A DNA stretch of 32,328 nt, taken from sequence record SRR2962707_3356. One strand, 5' to 3'. The notes under the pieces are model-generated. The model made no database searches. It was not told where the DNA came from and was given only the letters and a program-made list of their open reading frames with translations. The stretch's first letter is position 1. Each line of letters starts with the position of its first letter. Shown here in pieces: positions 24,048 through 32,328 of this stretch. Made by a program: the position numbers and the translations under genes.

Positions 24048-25133
24048 ATGGGAGCCTATATTTTAAGGCGATTGTTGTTAGTGATCCCAACTTTGCTTGG
24101 GATCATGATCGTCAACTTCACGCTTGTGCAATTTGTCCCCGGTGGCCCGATTGAGCAAATCCTTGCAGAGATGCAGGGCCAAGGCGACGTGTTCGAAGGC
24201 TTTGCCGGCGGTTCTAATGACACTGGCGAAGAAACCTTTGGGTCTGACAGCGAATACTTGGGCGCGCGCGGCCTGCCGAAGGAGTTCATCGAAGAGCTTG
24301 AGAAAGAGTTCGGCTTTGACAAGCCGCCGCTTGAGCGTTTTCTGAATATGCTTTGGAACTATATGCGGTTGGATTTTGGTGAGAGCTATTTCCGGTCCAT
24401 CAACGTGATTGATCTGGTATTAGAAAAAATGCCGGTTTCGATAACATTGGGGCTCTGGTCGACAATCATCGCATATTTAGTGTCGATCCCGCTGGGCATT
24501 CGCAAAGCCATGAAAGATGGTACGCCTTTTGATACATGGACGTCTGGCGCAATCATCGTGGCCTATGCCATCCCGGGCTTTTTGTTTGCGATTTTGTTGC
24601 TGGTTATGTTCGCTGGCGGCAGCTATTGGCAAATTTTCCCGTTGCGCGGCCTGACGTCGGACAATTGGGAAGACCTTAGCCTGTTGGGCAAGGTTGCCGA
24701 TTATTTCTGGCATATCACCCTGCCCGTTCTTGCGTCGACCATTTCTGCATTTGCGACTCTGACCCTGTTGACGAAAAACAGCTTTCTGGACGAAATCAAA
24801 AAACAATATGTCATGACCGCCAGAGCCAAAGGCCTCAAAGAAAATCGCGTTCTCTATGGCCATGTGTTTCGCAACGCGATGCTTATTGTGATTGCGGGGT
24901 TCCCGGCGGTGTTTATCAGCGTTTTCTTCTCGGGCTCTTTGATCATCGAGACGATCTTTTCGCTCGACGGCCTGGGACGGTTGGGATTTGAAGCCGCGCT
25001 TCAACGCGACTACCCCGTGATCTTTGGGACGTTATTCATCTTTGGCCTAATGGGCCTTGTCGTCGGTATCCTTTCCGACATCATGTATGTCATCGTTGAT
25101 CCACGGATCGACTTTGAAAAGCGGGAGGGTTGA
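24048..25133 (+). CDS. yejB: Peptide/microcin C ABC transporter permease
   Basis: [52 protein letters not shown]. Confidence 0.93.
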   Translation: MGAYILRRLLLVIPTLLGIMIVNFTLVQFVPGGPIEQILAEMQGQGDVFEGFAGGSNDTGEETFGSDSEYLGARGLPKEFIEELEKEFGFDKPPLERFLNMLWNYMRLDFGESYFRSINVIDLVLEKMPVSITLGLWSTIIAYLVSIPLGIRKAMKDGTPFDTWTSGAIIVAYAIPGFLFAILLLVMFAGGSYWQIFPLRGLTSDNWEDLSLLGKVADYFWHITLPVLASTISAFATLTLLTKNSFLDEIKKQYVMTARAKGLKENRVLYGHVFRNAMLIVIAGFPAVFISVFFSGSLIIETIFSLDGLGRLGFEAALQRDYPVIFGTLFIFGLMGLVVGILSDIMYVIVDPRIDFEKREG

Positions 25134-25135
25134 GC

Positions 25136-26251
25136 ATGTCTCTGATTAAGATTTCCCCCCTAAATCAGCGCCGTTGGAGCAACTTTAAACGCAATCGACG
25201 GGCTTTGTGGTCTCTGATCATTTTCTCGATCGCTTTCGGGCTGTCACTGTTTGCTGAGTTCATTGCCAACGACAAACCCATCTTGGTGCAATACCGCGGG
25301 GCGTATTTCACGCCCATCTTCAACTTCTATGCCGAGACTGAGTTTGGTGGCGATTTCCGAACCGAAGCCGCCTATCGCGACCCGGAGGTTCAATGCCTTA
25401 TCCGAACAGGTGGACTTGAGGAATGCTTTGATGACCCCGAAGCTTTGATTGCTCAGGTGGATTCTGGTGCCTCGCTGGACGGAGATTTCCAAAAGGGTTG
25501 GTCGCTTTGGCCCCTCATCCCTTACTCTTACAACACCCCAGTAGATCGTCCGGGCGCGGCGCCGTTGCCACCGAATGACCAAAACTGGTTGGGGACCGAT
25601 GACACGAAACGGGATGTCGTGGCCCGTGTTCTTTACGGCTTTAGACTGTCCATCGTTTTCACCTTGATGGTGACCATTGCGACCTCGGTAATCGGGATCG
25701 CAGCGGGCGCTGTCCAAGGCTATTTCGGCGGATGGATCGACCTTGTGTTTCAGCGCATCATCGAGATTTGGGGCGCGACACCGTCGCTCTATATCATCAT
25801 TATTCTCTTTGCCATTCTGGGGCGAAGTTTCTGGCTTCTTGTGATTTTAACCGTGCTCTTTGGCTGGACCGCCCTTGTTGGCGTAGTTCGTGCCGAGTTT
25901 CTACGTGCACGAAACCTTGAATACGTCCGGGCTGCAAAAGCACTGGGTGTCAGCAATCGCAAGATTATGTTCCGACACATGTTGCCCAACGCCATGGTTG
26001 CCACAGTCACGATGCTGCCTTTCATCGTGACGGGCACAATCAGCACGTTGGCCAGCCTCGATTTCCTTGGTTTTGGCTTGCCCTCTTCGGCTCCGTCATT
26101 GGGTGAACTGACATTGCAGGCCAAACAGAACCTTCAAGCGCCATGGCTTGGCTTTACCGCGTTCTTTGTGTTCGCGGTGATGCTCTCGCTACTGGTGTTC
26201 ATTTTCGAAGGCGTTCGGGATGCATTCGATCCGAGAAAGACGTTTTCATGA
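25136..26251 (+). CDS. yejE: Peptide/microcin C ABC transporter permease
   Basis: SPLNQRRW..FKRNRRA, AEFIANDKP, WLGTDD, VRAEFLRARN.EYVRAA, FEGVRDAFDPRK; ATG 7 nt after GGAGG (alternative TTG 25130). Confidence 0.92.
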   Translation: MSLIKISPLNQRRWSNFKRNRRALWSLIIFSIAFGLSLFAEFIANDKPILVQYRGAYFTPIFNFYAETEFGGDFRTEAAYRDPEVQCLIRTGGLEECFDDPEALIAQVDSGASLDGDFQKGWSLWPLIPYSYNTPVDRPGAAPLPPNDQNWLGTDDTKRDVVARVLYGFRLSIVFTLMVTIATSVIGIAAGAVQGYFGGWIDLVFQRIIEIWGATPSLYIIIILFAILGRSFWLLVILTVLFGWTALVGVVRAEFLRARNLEYVRAAKALGVSNRKIMFRHMLPNAMVATVTMLPFIVTGTISTLASLDFLGFGLPSSAPSLGELTLQAKQNLQAPWLGFTAFFVFAVMLSLLVFIFEGVRDAFDPRKTFS

Positions 26252-27849
26252 CCACACTTCTTGACGTGAACAACCTGACAGTTGGTTTCCAACAGGATGG
26301 CCAAGTGATCGAGGCAGTCAAAGGCGTGTCGTTTCGTATCGCCAAAGGGGAAACCGTCGCCTTGGTCGGGGAATCCGGGTCCGGTAAATCCGTCACGGCG
26401 TTGTCCACGGTGTCCTTGCTTGGAGATTCTGCCCGTGTCGGTGGATCCGTCACCTATAGCGGACAAGAGATGATCGGCGCCGATGATGCCTTGCTGCGCA
26501 AAGTGCGCGGCAACGATATCAGTTTTATCTTTCAGGAACCAATGACGTCCCTCAACCCGCTGCACACCCTTGAGAAACAGCTCGAAGAATCTTTGGCGCT
26601 TCATCAGCAGCTTGTCGGTGCAGCGGCACGGGAACGGATCATTGAACTCTTGCTCAAAGTCGGGATTCGAGACCCTGAAAGCCGGTTAAACGCCTATCCG
26701 CATGAATTGTCTGGCGGCCAGCGCCAACGCGTCATGATCGCCATGGCCCTGGCCAACGGGCCAGAACTCTTGATCGCAGATGAGCCTACAACAGCCTTGG
26801 ATGTCACGATTCAAGCCCAAATCCTGGAGCTTTTGGCCGAGCTGAAACAGGCTGAAAACATGAGCCTGTTGTTCATCACCCATGATCTGGGGATCGTCCG
26901 CAAAATTGCCGATCGTGTTTGCGTGATGAAAGACGGAGAGATCGTCGAAACCGGTCCAACATCCGAGATTTTCGGCAACCCGCAGCACCCTTACACACAG
27001 ATGCTGTTAAGTGCGGAATCCACCGGTGTCCCTGAACCCGTTGAAAAAGACGCCAAGGAAGTTGCAAGCACAGACCATCTTAAAATCTGGTTCCCCATCA
27101 AAAAGGGCCTCCTCAAACGGGTGGTGGGCCATGTGAAGGCTGTGAACGACGCGTCTTTTTCCGTTCGCGCCGGAGAAACCGTTGGGATCGTCGGAGAATC
27201 CGGGTCCGGCAAGACCACACTGGCGCTGGCCGTCATGCGTTTAATCCATTCTGAGGGAGGGATCACTTATCGCGGCAATGATATCCGCGAGTTGAGTACA
27301 AAAGAGCTGCGCCATCTGCGCCGTGAAATGCAGATTGTCTTTCAAGATCCCTTTGGATCGCTAAGCCCCCGCATGACCTGTGAGCAAATCATCGCGGAAG
27401 GCATGGAGGTCCATGGATCACCAGATGGCCGCCCGCACCGCGAACACGTGGTCGAGGTCATGAAAGAAGTCGGGCTGGAGCCTGAAATGATGCACAGATA
27501 CCCGCATGAGTTTTCAGGCGGGCAACGGCAGAGGATCGCCATTGCACGTGCCATGGTATTGCGGCCCCGCCTTGTGGTGCTGGATGAACCCACCAGCGCC
27601 CTGGACATGACCGTGCAGGTGCAAATCGTCAGTCTTTTGCGAGATCTTCAGAAGAAATATGATCTGGCCTATCTTTTTATCAGCCACGACCTCAAGGTTG
27701 TCCGGGCCATGAGTCATAAGGTCATCGTCATGAAACAAGGCGATGTGGTCGAGATGGGAACCTCGGACGAAATCTTTGATGCGCCCCAAGACCCATATAC
27801 CCAGACGCTCTTGGCAGCGGCTTTTGATCTGGCGCATGGGGCGCATTAG
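26248..27849 (+). CDS. yejF: Dual-domain peptide ABC transporter ATPase
   Basis: Two GESGSGK Walker A motifs, LSGGQRQR and FSGGQRQR signatures; ATGA overlap with yejE. Confidence 0.92.
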   Translation: MTTLLDVNNLTVGFQQDGQVIEAVKGVSFRIAKGETVALVGESGSGKSVTALSTVSLLGDSARVGGSVTYSGQEMIGADDALLRKVRGNDISFIFQEPMTSLNPLHTLEKQLEESLALHQQLVGAAARERIIELLLKVGIRDPESRLNAYPHELSGGQRQRVMIAMALANGPELLIADEPTTALDVTIQAQILELLAELKQAENMSLLFITHDLGIVRKIADRVCVMKDGEIVETGPTSEIFGNPQHPYTQMLLSAESTGVPEPVEKDAKEVASTDHLKIWFPIKKGLLKRVVGHVKAVNDASFSVRAGETVGIVGESGSGKTTLALAVMRLIHSEGGITYRGNDIRELSTKELRHLRREMQIVFQDPFGSLSPRMTCEQIIAEGMEVHGSPDGRPHREHVVEVMKEVGLEPEMMHRYPHEFSGGQRQRIAIARAMVLRPRLVVLDEPTSALDMTVQVQIVSLLRDLQKKYDLAYLFISHDLKVVRAMSHKVIVMKQGDVVEMGTSDEIFDAPQDPYTQTLLAAAFDLAHGAH

Positions 27850-27933
27850 CCCCGTGCCATCCGAAGGTTCCCTGGTCCGGTTTTTGAGTATTTATCGGAA
27901 AGATGAAAACACAAGGGGACTAGGCTCTAGGGG

Positions 27934-29289
27934 CTAGATCGCAGAACTATGCCCCGCGCTGGCCAAATCATAGGCATCAAAATGACGGGCAATTATCCGT
28001 GTCAGAGGGCGAGCTTTTGAGGGAATAAACAGGCCGGTTTCATTGACCGTCAACAACCCTTCAAAGGCCGCGTTGACACGGTTAAAGAGTGCATAAAGCT
28101 CGGTAGCGGAAATACCGTGGTCGCGAAGGATTTCCTCGGTTGAAACGAAGAAATCGCACATCAAGGCCTCGATAATCCGCCCCCGCATTTTGTCGTCTTT
28201 GCTAAACCGGTGGCCGCGGCTGGCGGAAAATTCTCCGGCACGGATGGCCGATGTATGGGCTGACGTTCTGGGATTGTTTTGCGCATAGCCCTGAGGAAAC
28301 CGGGAAATGGAAGATGCGCCAAGGCCAACCAGAACTTCAGAAGTGTCGTCTGTATAGCCTTGAAAGTTGCGCCGCAGTTTGCCGGTACGCTGAGCGATTT
28401 CCAAGCTATCGCCTTTAATCGCAAAATGATCGATTCCAATATCGCTGTATCCATCCCAGGCAAACAGCCGTTGGGCGGTATCAAACAGCTCCAGCCGCTC
28501 TGACGGAGTCGGCAACGCATCTGACGGTATCATTTGCTGACGTTTGGCCATCCAGGGCACATGGGCGTAGCCGTACAAAGCAACCCGGTCCGGCCCAAAA
28601 GACAGAAGTTTTTGGACAGATTCCGTTATGCGGGCCTTAGACTGGTGCGGCAAACCATACAGGATATCCGCATTCAGACTGCTCACCCCGCGCTCGCGGA
28701 TCAGGTCAACGGCCCGGCGCGTTACTTCGTAGCTTTGAATGCGACCGATAGTGTTCTGAATTTGCTCGTCGAAATCCTGAACCCCGATGGAGGCCCGGTT
28801 CATGCCCGCAGAGGCAAGCACATCCAAGCGTTCCGCGTCAATCTCATTTGGATCGATTTCAACCGAGAACTCTGCGTCCTGCGAAAAGTCCGCGGCATCT
28901 GCGATGGCCTCGCTCAGTTGGCGCATCATATCTGGTGACAATAACGTCGGCGTTCCGCCGCCCCAATGTAACCGCGACAGGCGCACCCCCGTGGGCAAGT
29001 GGCGTTTCAATAGGGCGAGTTCTTGCAAAAGCATTTCGATATAGGCCCGAACGGGTTCGACCGATTGGGTGCCTTGGGTCCGACACGCACAAAACCAACA
29101 CAATCTGCGGCAGAACGGCACATGCACATAAAGTGAAATGTCCGAGTTTTCCGGAATGTTTTCAATCCAATTGCGATAATCGTCGGGTCCGATGGACGCA
29201 GAGAAATGCGGCGCAGTGGGATAACTGGTATATCTTGGCACCTTGGCGTCAAAGAGCCCCAGTTTCGAAAGTTGTGTTCGTGTCATCAT
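27934..29289 (-). CDS. hemN: Oxygen-independent coproporphyrinogen III oxidase (radical SAM)
   Basis: PRYTSYPTA, YVHVPFCRRLCWFCAC, WGGGTP, GIDHFA, RNFQGYT; start 29289 or 29286. Confidence 0.96.
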   Translation of the reverse strand: MMTRTQLSKLGLFDAKVPRYTSYPTAPHFSASIGPDDYRNWIENIPENSDISLYVHVPFCRRLCWFCACRTQGTQSVEPVRAYIEMLLQELALLKRHLPTGVRLSRLHWGGGTPTLLSPDMMRQLSEAIADAADFSQDAEFSVEIDPNEIDAERLDVLASAGMNRASIGVQDFDEQIQNTIGRIQSYEVTRRAVDLIRERGVSSLNADILYGLPHQSKARITESVQKLLSFGPDRVALYGYAHVPWMAKRQQMIPSDALPTPSERLELFDTAQRLFAWDGYSDIGIDHFAIKGDSLEIAQRTGKLRRNFQGYTDDTSEVLVGLGASSISRFPQGYAQNNPRTSAHTSAIRAGEFSASRGHRFSKDDKMRGRIIEALMCDFFVSTEEILRDHGISATELYALFNRVNAAFEGLLTVNETGLFIPSKARPLTRIIARHFDAYDLASAGHSSAI

Positions 29290-29324
29290 ATGAATAGACT
29301 TAGGGCTGTCGATGAGCAGAAACA

Positions 29325-29338
29325 TTGACCCAGATCAA
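29325..29338. promoter_or_regulatory. FnrL box between divergent hemN and fnrL
   Basis: TTGAC-CCAG-ATCAA. Confidence 0.88.
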
Positions 29339-29340
29339 GA

Positions 29341-30099
29341 ATGCGACCTGCCATGCCAAATGACCGGACTATTGCCATTTCACAAAATTGCGACGATTGC
29401 CCAATTCGGCATCGCGCCGTTTGTGCACGTTGCGATACGGATGAGTTAGAACGACTCGATGAAATCAAATACTATCGAAAATTTGAGGCCGGTCAGACCG
29501 TTGTCTGGTCTGGTGATAAAATGGATTTTGTAGGATCCGTGGTGTCGGGCATCGCGACGCTCACTCAAACTATGGAAGATGGGCGAACACAGATGGTAGG
29601 TCTGCTTCTGCCCTCCGACTTTGTCGGGCGACCGGGGCGCGGTTCCGCGGCCTATGATGTGGTAGCGACGACAGATTTGGTGATGTGTTGCTTCCGCAAA
29701 ACCCCTTTTGAAGAGATGATGAACCGCACCCCCCATATTGCGCATCGCCTTTTGGAAATGACCTTGGACGAGCTTGATGCGGCGCGGGAATGGATGCTTG
29801 TACTGGGTCGCAAGACGGCCCGTGAGAAGATCGCTTCGTTATTGACCATCATCGCACGACGCGACGCGACTTTGCATATGGGAACATCAAAGGGCCCGCT
29901 GGTTTTTGATCTTCCGCTAACCCGCGAAGCCATGGCAGACTATTTGGGTTTGACCCTAGAGACCGTGAGCCGCCAGATTTCGGCCTTACGAAAAGACGGT
30001 GTAATCTCCCTGGAAGGCAAACGCCATGTGACCGTTCCGGATATGGACCGGCTTTTGGACGAAGCTGGCGACGACTCAGACGGTGGGATGCTGGCATAA
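29341..30099 (+). CDS. fnrL: Anaerobic regulator FnrL (CRP/FNR family, 4Fe-4S)
   Basis: N-terminal CDDCPIRHRAVC cluster ligands, MCCF, HTH MADYLGLTLETVSR; hemN/uspA/ccoN context; start may be 29353. Confidence 0.95.
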   Translation: MRPAMPNDRTIAISQNCDDCPIRHRAVCARCDTDELERLDEIKYYRKFEAGQTVVWSGDKMDFVGSVVSGIATLTQTMEDGRTQMVGLLLPSDFVGRPGRGSAAYDVVATTDLVMCCFRKTPFEEMMNRTPHIAHRLLEMTLDELDAAREWMLVLGRKTAREKIASLLTIIARRDATLHMGTSKGPLVFDLPLTREAMADYLGLTLETVSRQISALRKDGVISLEGKRHVTVPDMDRLLDEAGDDSDGGMLA

Positions 30100-30120
30100 C
30101 GCAGCCCAAAACGGGCTGCG
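30100..30120. terminator. Hairpin between convergent fnrL and uspA
   Basis: CGCAGCCC-AAAAC-GGGCTGCG perfect 8-bp stem. Confidence 0.6.
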
Positions 30121-30138
30121 CCGTGTTTACTCGTGGCT

Positions 30139-30978
30139 TTAGTGGGCCATGAAGACCGGAACTTCCGCCATTTCAAGCATGCTGCGGGTGGCGCCACCCA
30201 AAATGGCCTCACGGAAACGAGAATGCCCATAAGCGCCCATTACGATCATGTCGGCATTGACGTCATTTACATGTCGCATCATCACATCCGACACGCGCGG
30301 CATGGTTTTGGACAGGACATCCACTTCAACCGTCGCACCATGGCGGGACAAGTACTGGGATAGCTCTCCGCCGGGGTCGGACCGGTTTGGACCATGTTGG
30401 GGCGGATCAATCACCACGATATGGACCGTGTCGGCCATCTTTAACATCGGCAAAGCAGCGCGGATCGCCCGAAGCGCCTCTGCGCTTTCATTCCATCCAA
30501 CGACAATGCGCTTTGGCTTGGCGACCGGCGCGACATCATCCGGAACAACCAAGACTGGCACTTGTCCGTCAAACAACGCGGCCTCGACAACAGGTTCCAG
30601 CTCACCTCCGTGACCTTTTCCATAGGGCTTTGGCATGACAGCCAGATCCGCAAAACGCGCCCGAGCGGCCACGTGACGCCCAATATCCGCCAACTGCGCG
30701 ACACCGACATCGACCCCCCAGCGGGCGTCGCTTCGATTCAGAATCGACCGGACCTGTTCTTCCAACGCTTCGCCTTCTTGGGTCGCTCGGTTTAAAGTTT
30801 CCTGCAAAATCATAGCATTGGCACCGACATAGTAATATCCGGATTGCGTCCGGTCGACACCTAAGCACATCACATCAAGGTGGGCGTCCAACGCATTGGC
30901 GAGCGCCTCAGCATGATCAATGACTACCTTTACCAGCTTTTCATCCGTCGCAACGGTCATGATTGTTTTGTATGACAT
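30139..30978 (-). CDS. Universal stress protein (tandem UspA domains)
   Basis: MSYKTI, ARFADL, GWNESAEA.RA, VMGAYGHSRFREAILGGATR, VPVFMAH; GGAGG SD. Confidence 0.94.
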   Translation of the reverse strand: MSYKTIMTVATDEKLVKVVIDHAEALANALDAHLDVMCLGVDRTQSGYYYVGANAMILQETLNRATQEGEALEEQVRSILNRSDARWGVDVGVAQLADIGRHVAARARFADLAVMPKPYGKGHGGELEPVVEAALFDGQVPVLVVPDDVAPVAKPKRIVVGWNESAEALRAIRAALPMLKMADTVHIVVIDPPQHGPNRSDPGGELSQYLSRHGATVEVDVLSKTMPRVSDVMMRHVNDVNADMIVMGAYGHSRFREAILGGATRSMLEMAEVPVFMAH

Positions 30979-31039
30979 GGGTGTTTTCCCTCCGAGAATT
31001 TTCCTGTTCTTACGCTAACGGTGCGAAACGCATGCCACA

Positions 31040-31053
31040 TTGACGCGGGTCAA
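31040..31053. promoter_or_regulatory. FnrL box (uspA-proximal)
   Basis: TTGAC-GCGG-GTCAA palindrome. Confidence 0.8.
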
Positions 31054-31071
31054 TAAGAGGGCGGCATTCTC

Positions 31072-31085
31072 TTGATACAGATCAA
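31072..31085. promoter_or_regulatory. FnrL box (ccoN-proximal)
   Basis: TTGAT-ACAG-ATCAA, perfect FNR consensus. Confidence 0.9.
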
Positions 31086-31177
31086 GGAGCTCTCCCCCCA
31101 GTTTAGCGCATTACAGCCTTAGTCGAACAATGCCTGCACGGGATTCGAATCGTGTGGGGGAGACGAAGGGACTAAAA

Positions 31178-32328
31178 ATGATGAATTATATCAAGCTCAT
31201 CGTGCTTGGCCTAATCACGCTAGCAGCGATGATTGCGGCCAATTACGCACGTGACGTGGCTTACATGGTTCACGCGATCCTCATCATGTTGATCGCTGGT
31301 GGACTATTTCTGTGGACGGTTCGCAATACTGACGAACCCGTGCCTGCCTCTGTGTCGCAGGCAAGTTATTTTGACGGCGTTGTGCGTTACGGCGTTGTAG
31401 CAACGGTATTTTGGGGCATCACCGGCTTTCTGGTTGGTACCTTCATAGCCTTTCAATTGGCCTTTCCGGCACTCAACTTCAACTGGGCCGAAGGCTATGC
31501 CAACTTTGGGCGTTTACGGCCACTGCACACAAGTGCCGTGATCTTTGCCTTTGGTGGGAACGCCTTGATTGCAACCTCGTTCTATGTGGTTCAACGCACC
31601 AGTGCTGCACGGCTTTGGGGCGGCAACCTGGCTTGGTTCGTATTCTGGGGATATCAGTTATTTATCGTTCTAGCCGCCACAGGGTACTTGCTAGGCTCGA
31701 CCCAATCCAAAGAATATGCGGAACCCGAATGGTACATCGACATTTGGTTGACCGTCGTTTGGCTGGCTTATCTGGCCGTGTTCTTAGGCACGATCATTAA
31801 GCGAAAAGAGCCGCATATCTACGTCGCAAACTGGTTCTATCTGTCCTTCATCGTCACCGTTGCCATGCTGCATCTGGTGAACAACCTAAGCCTGCCAGTT
31901 TCGATTTTCGGGTCAAAATCTGTTCAGGTCTTCTCGGGCGTGCAGGATGCGATGATCCAGTGGTGGTACGGCCACAACGCTGTGGGCTTTTTCCTGACAG
32001 CCGGCTTCTTGGGCATGATGTACTACTTTGTGCCAAAGCAGGCAGAACGTCCGGTCTTTTCCTACAAACTGTCCATCATCCACTTTTGGGCGCTGATCTT
32101 CCTATACATCTGGGCCGGTCCGCACCACTTGCACTATACCGCTTTGCCTGATTGGGCGTCGACCCTTGGTATGGTCTTCTCGATCGTTCTTTGGATGCCC
32201 AGCTGGGGCGGTATGATTAACGGTTTGATGACCTTGTCTGGCGCTTGGGACAAACTGCGCACAGATCCAGTGATCCGTATGATGGTCATCTCAATCGGCT
32301 TCTACGGCATGTCGACCTTCGAAGGCCC
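31178..32328 (+). CDS. ccoN: cbb3-type cytochrome c oxidase subunit I, 3'-truncated by the window (absent from ORF track)
   Basis: Manual translation [11 protein letters not shown]...[19 protein letters not shown]...KEYAEPEW...[14 protein letters not shown]...[10 protein letters not shown]...GMSTFEG; open to the window end. Confidence 0.97.
   Translation, partial: MMNYIKLIVLGLITLAAMIAANYARDVAYMVHAILIMLIAGGLFLWTVRNTDEPVPASVSQASYFDGVVRYGVVATVFWGITGFLVGTFIAFQLAFPALNFNWAEGYANFGRLRPLHTSAVIFAFGGNALIATSFYVVQRTSAARLWGGNLAWFVFWGYQLFIVLAATGYLLGSTQSKEYAEPEWYIDIWLTVVWLAYLAVFLGTIIKRKEPHIYVANWFYLSFIVTVAMLHLVNNLSLPVSIFGSKSVQVFSGVQDAMIQWWYGHNAVGFFLTAGFLGMMYYFVPKQAERPVFSYKLSIIHFWALIFLYIWAGPHHLHYTALPDWASTLGMVFSIVLWMPSWGGMINGLMTLSGAWDKLRTDPVIRMMVISIGFYGMSTFEG

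Noticed and set aside
31411-31800. ORF-track ORFs inside 31178-32328
   Set aside because: Out-of-frame to ccoN, which is open from 31178 to the window end
1-32328. CRISPR arrays, IS/transposases, integrases, tRNA/rRNA, defence systems, frameshifted pseudogenes
   Set aside because: None seen; nearly all sequence is accounted for by intact housekeeping ORFs and short spacers

Overview
Mostly conserved chromosomal backbone of a Rhodobacteraceae (probably Roseobacter-group) alphaproteobacterium; no transposase, prophage, CRISPR array, rRNA or tRNA was seen. Gene order: lepA (3' end), hypothetical, exported DsrE-like, rbsD, LMW-PTP, cobB, PCu(A)C, DUF2946-like, rpmB, meaB, hrpB, argF, GNAT, argD, queF, truA, ycjX-GNAT-ycjF, VIT1/CCC1, ileS, His-phosphatase, ogt, pheA, membrane cytochrome c, yejABEF-like ABC transporter, hemN, fnrL, uspA, ccoN (5' part). 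The most interesting signals are non-coding or too small for the ORF track. (1) Two apparently leaderless micro-ORFs contain the cognate amino acid: MIKATHIRRA before argD and MMYAFAIIMRITGPAL before ileS; each has its stop codon in a hairpin loop, suggesting ribosome-mediated attenuation. (2) A DUF2946-like protein ending in an RGPP arrest-type motif precedes a copper chaperone. (3) An orphan FNR box, identical to the hemN/fnrL box, sits in front of a structured ~110-nt region (candidate anoxia sRNA). (4) A PhaR-like operator lies before a hypothetical gene. All calls come from reading the sequence; no searches or folding programs were run.
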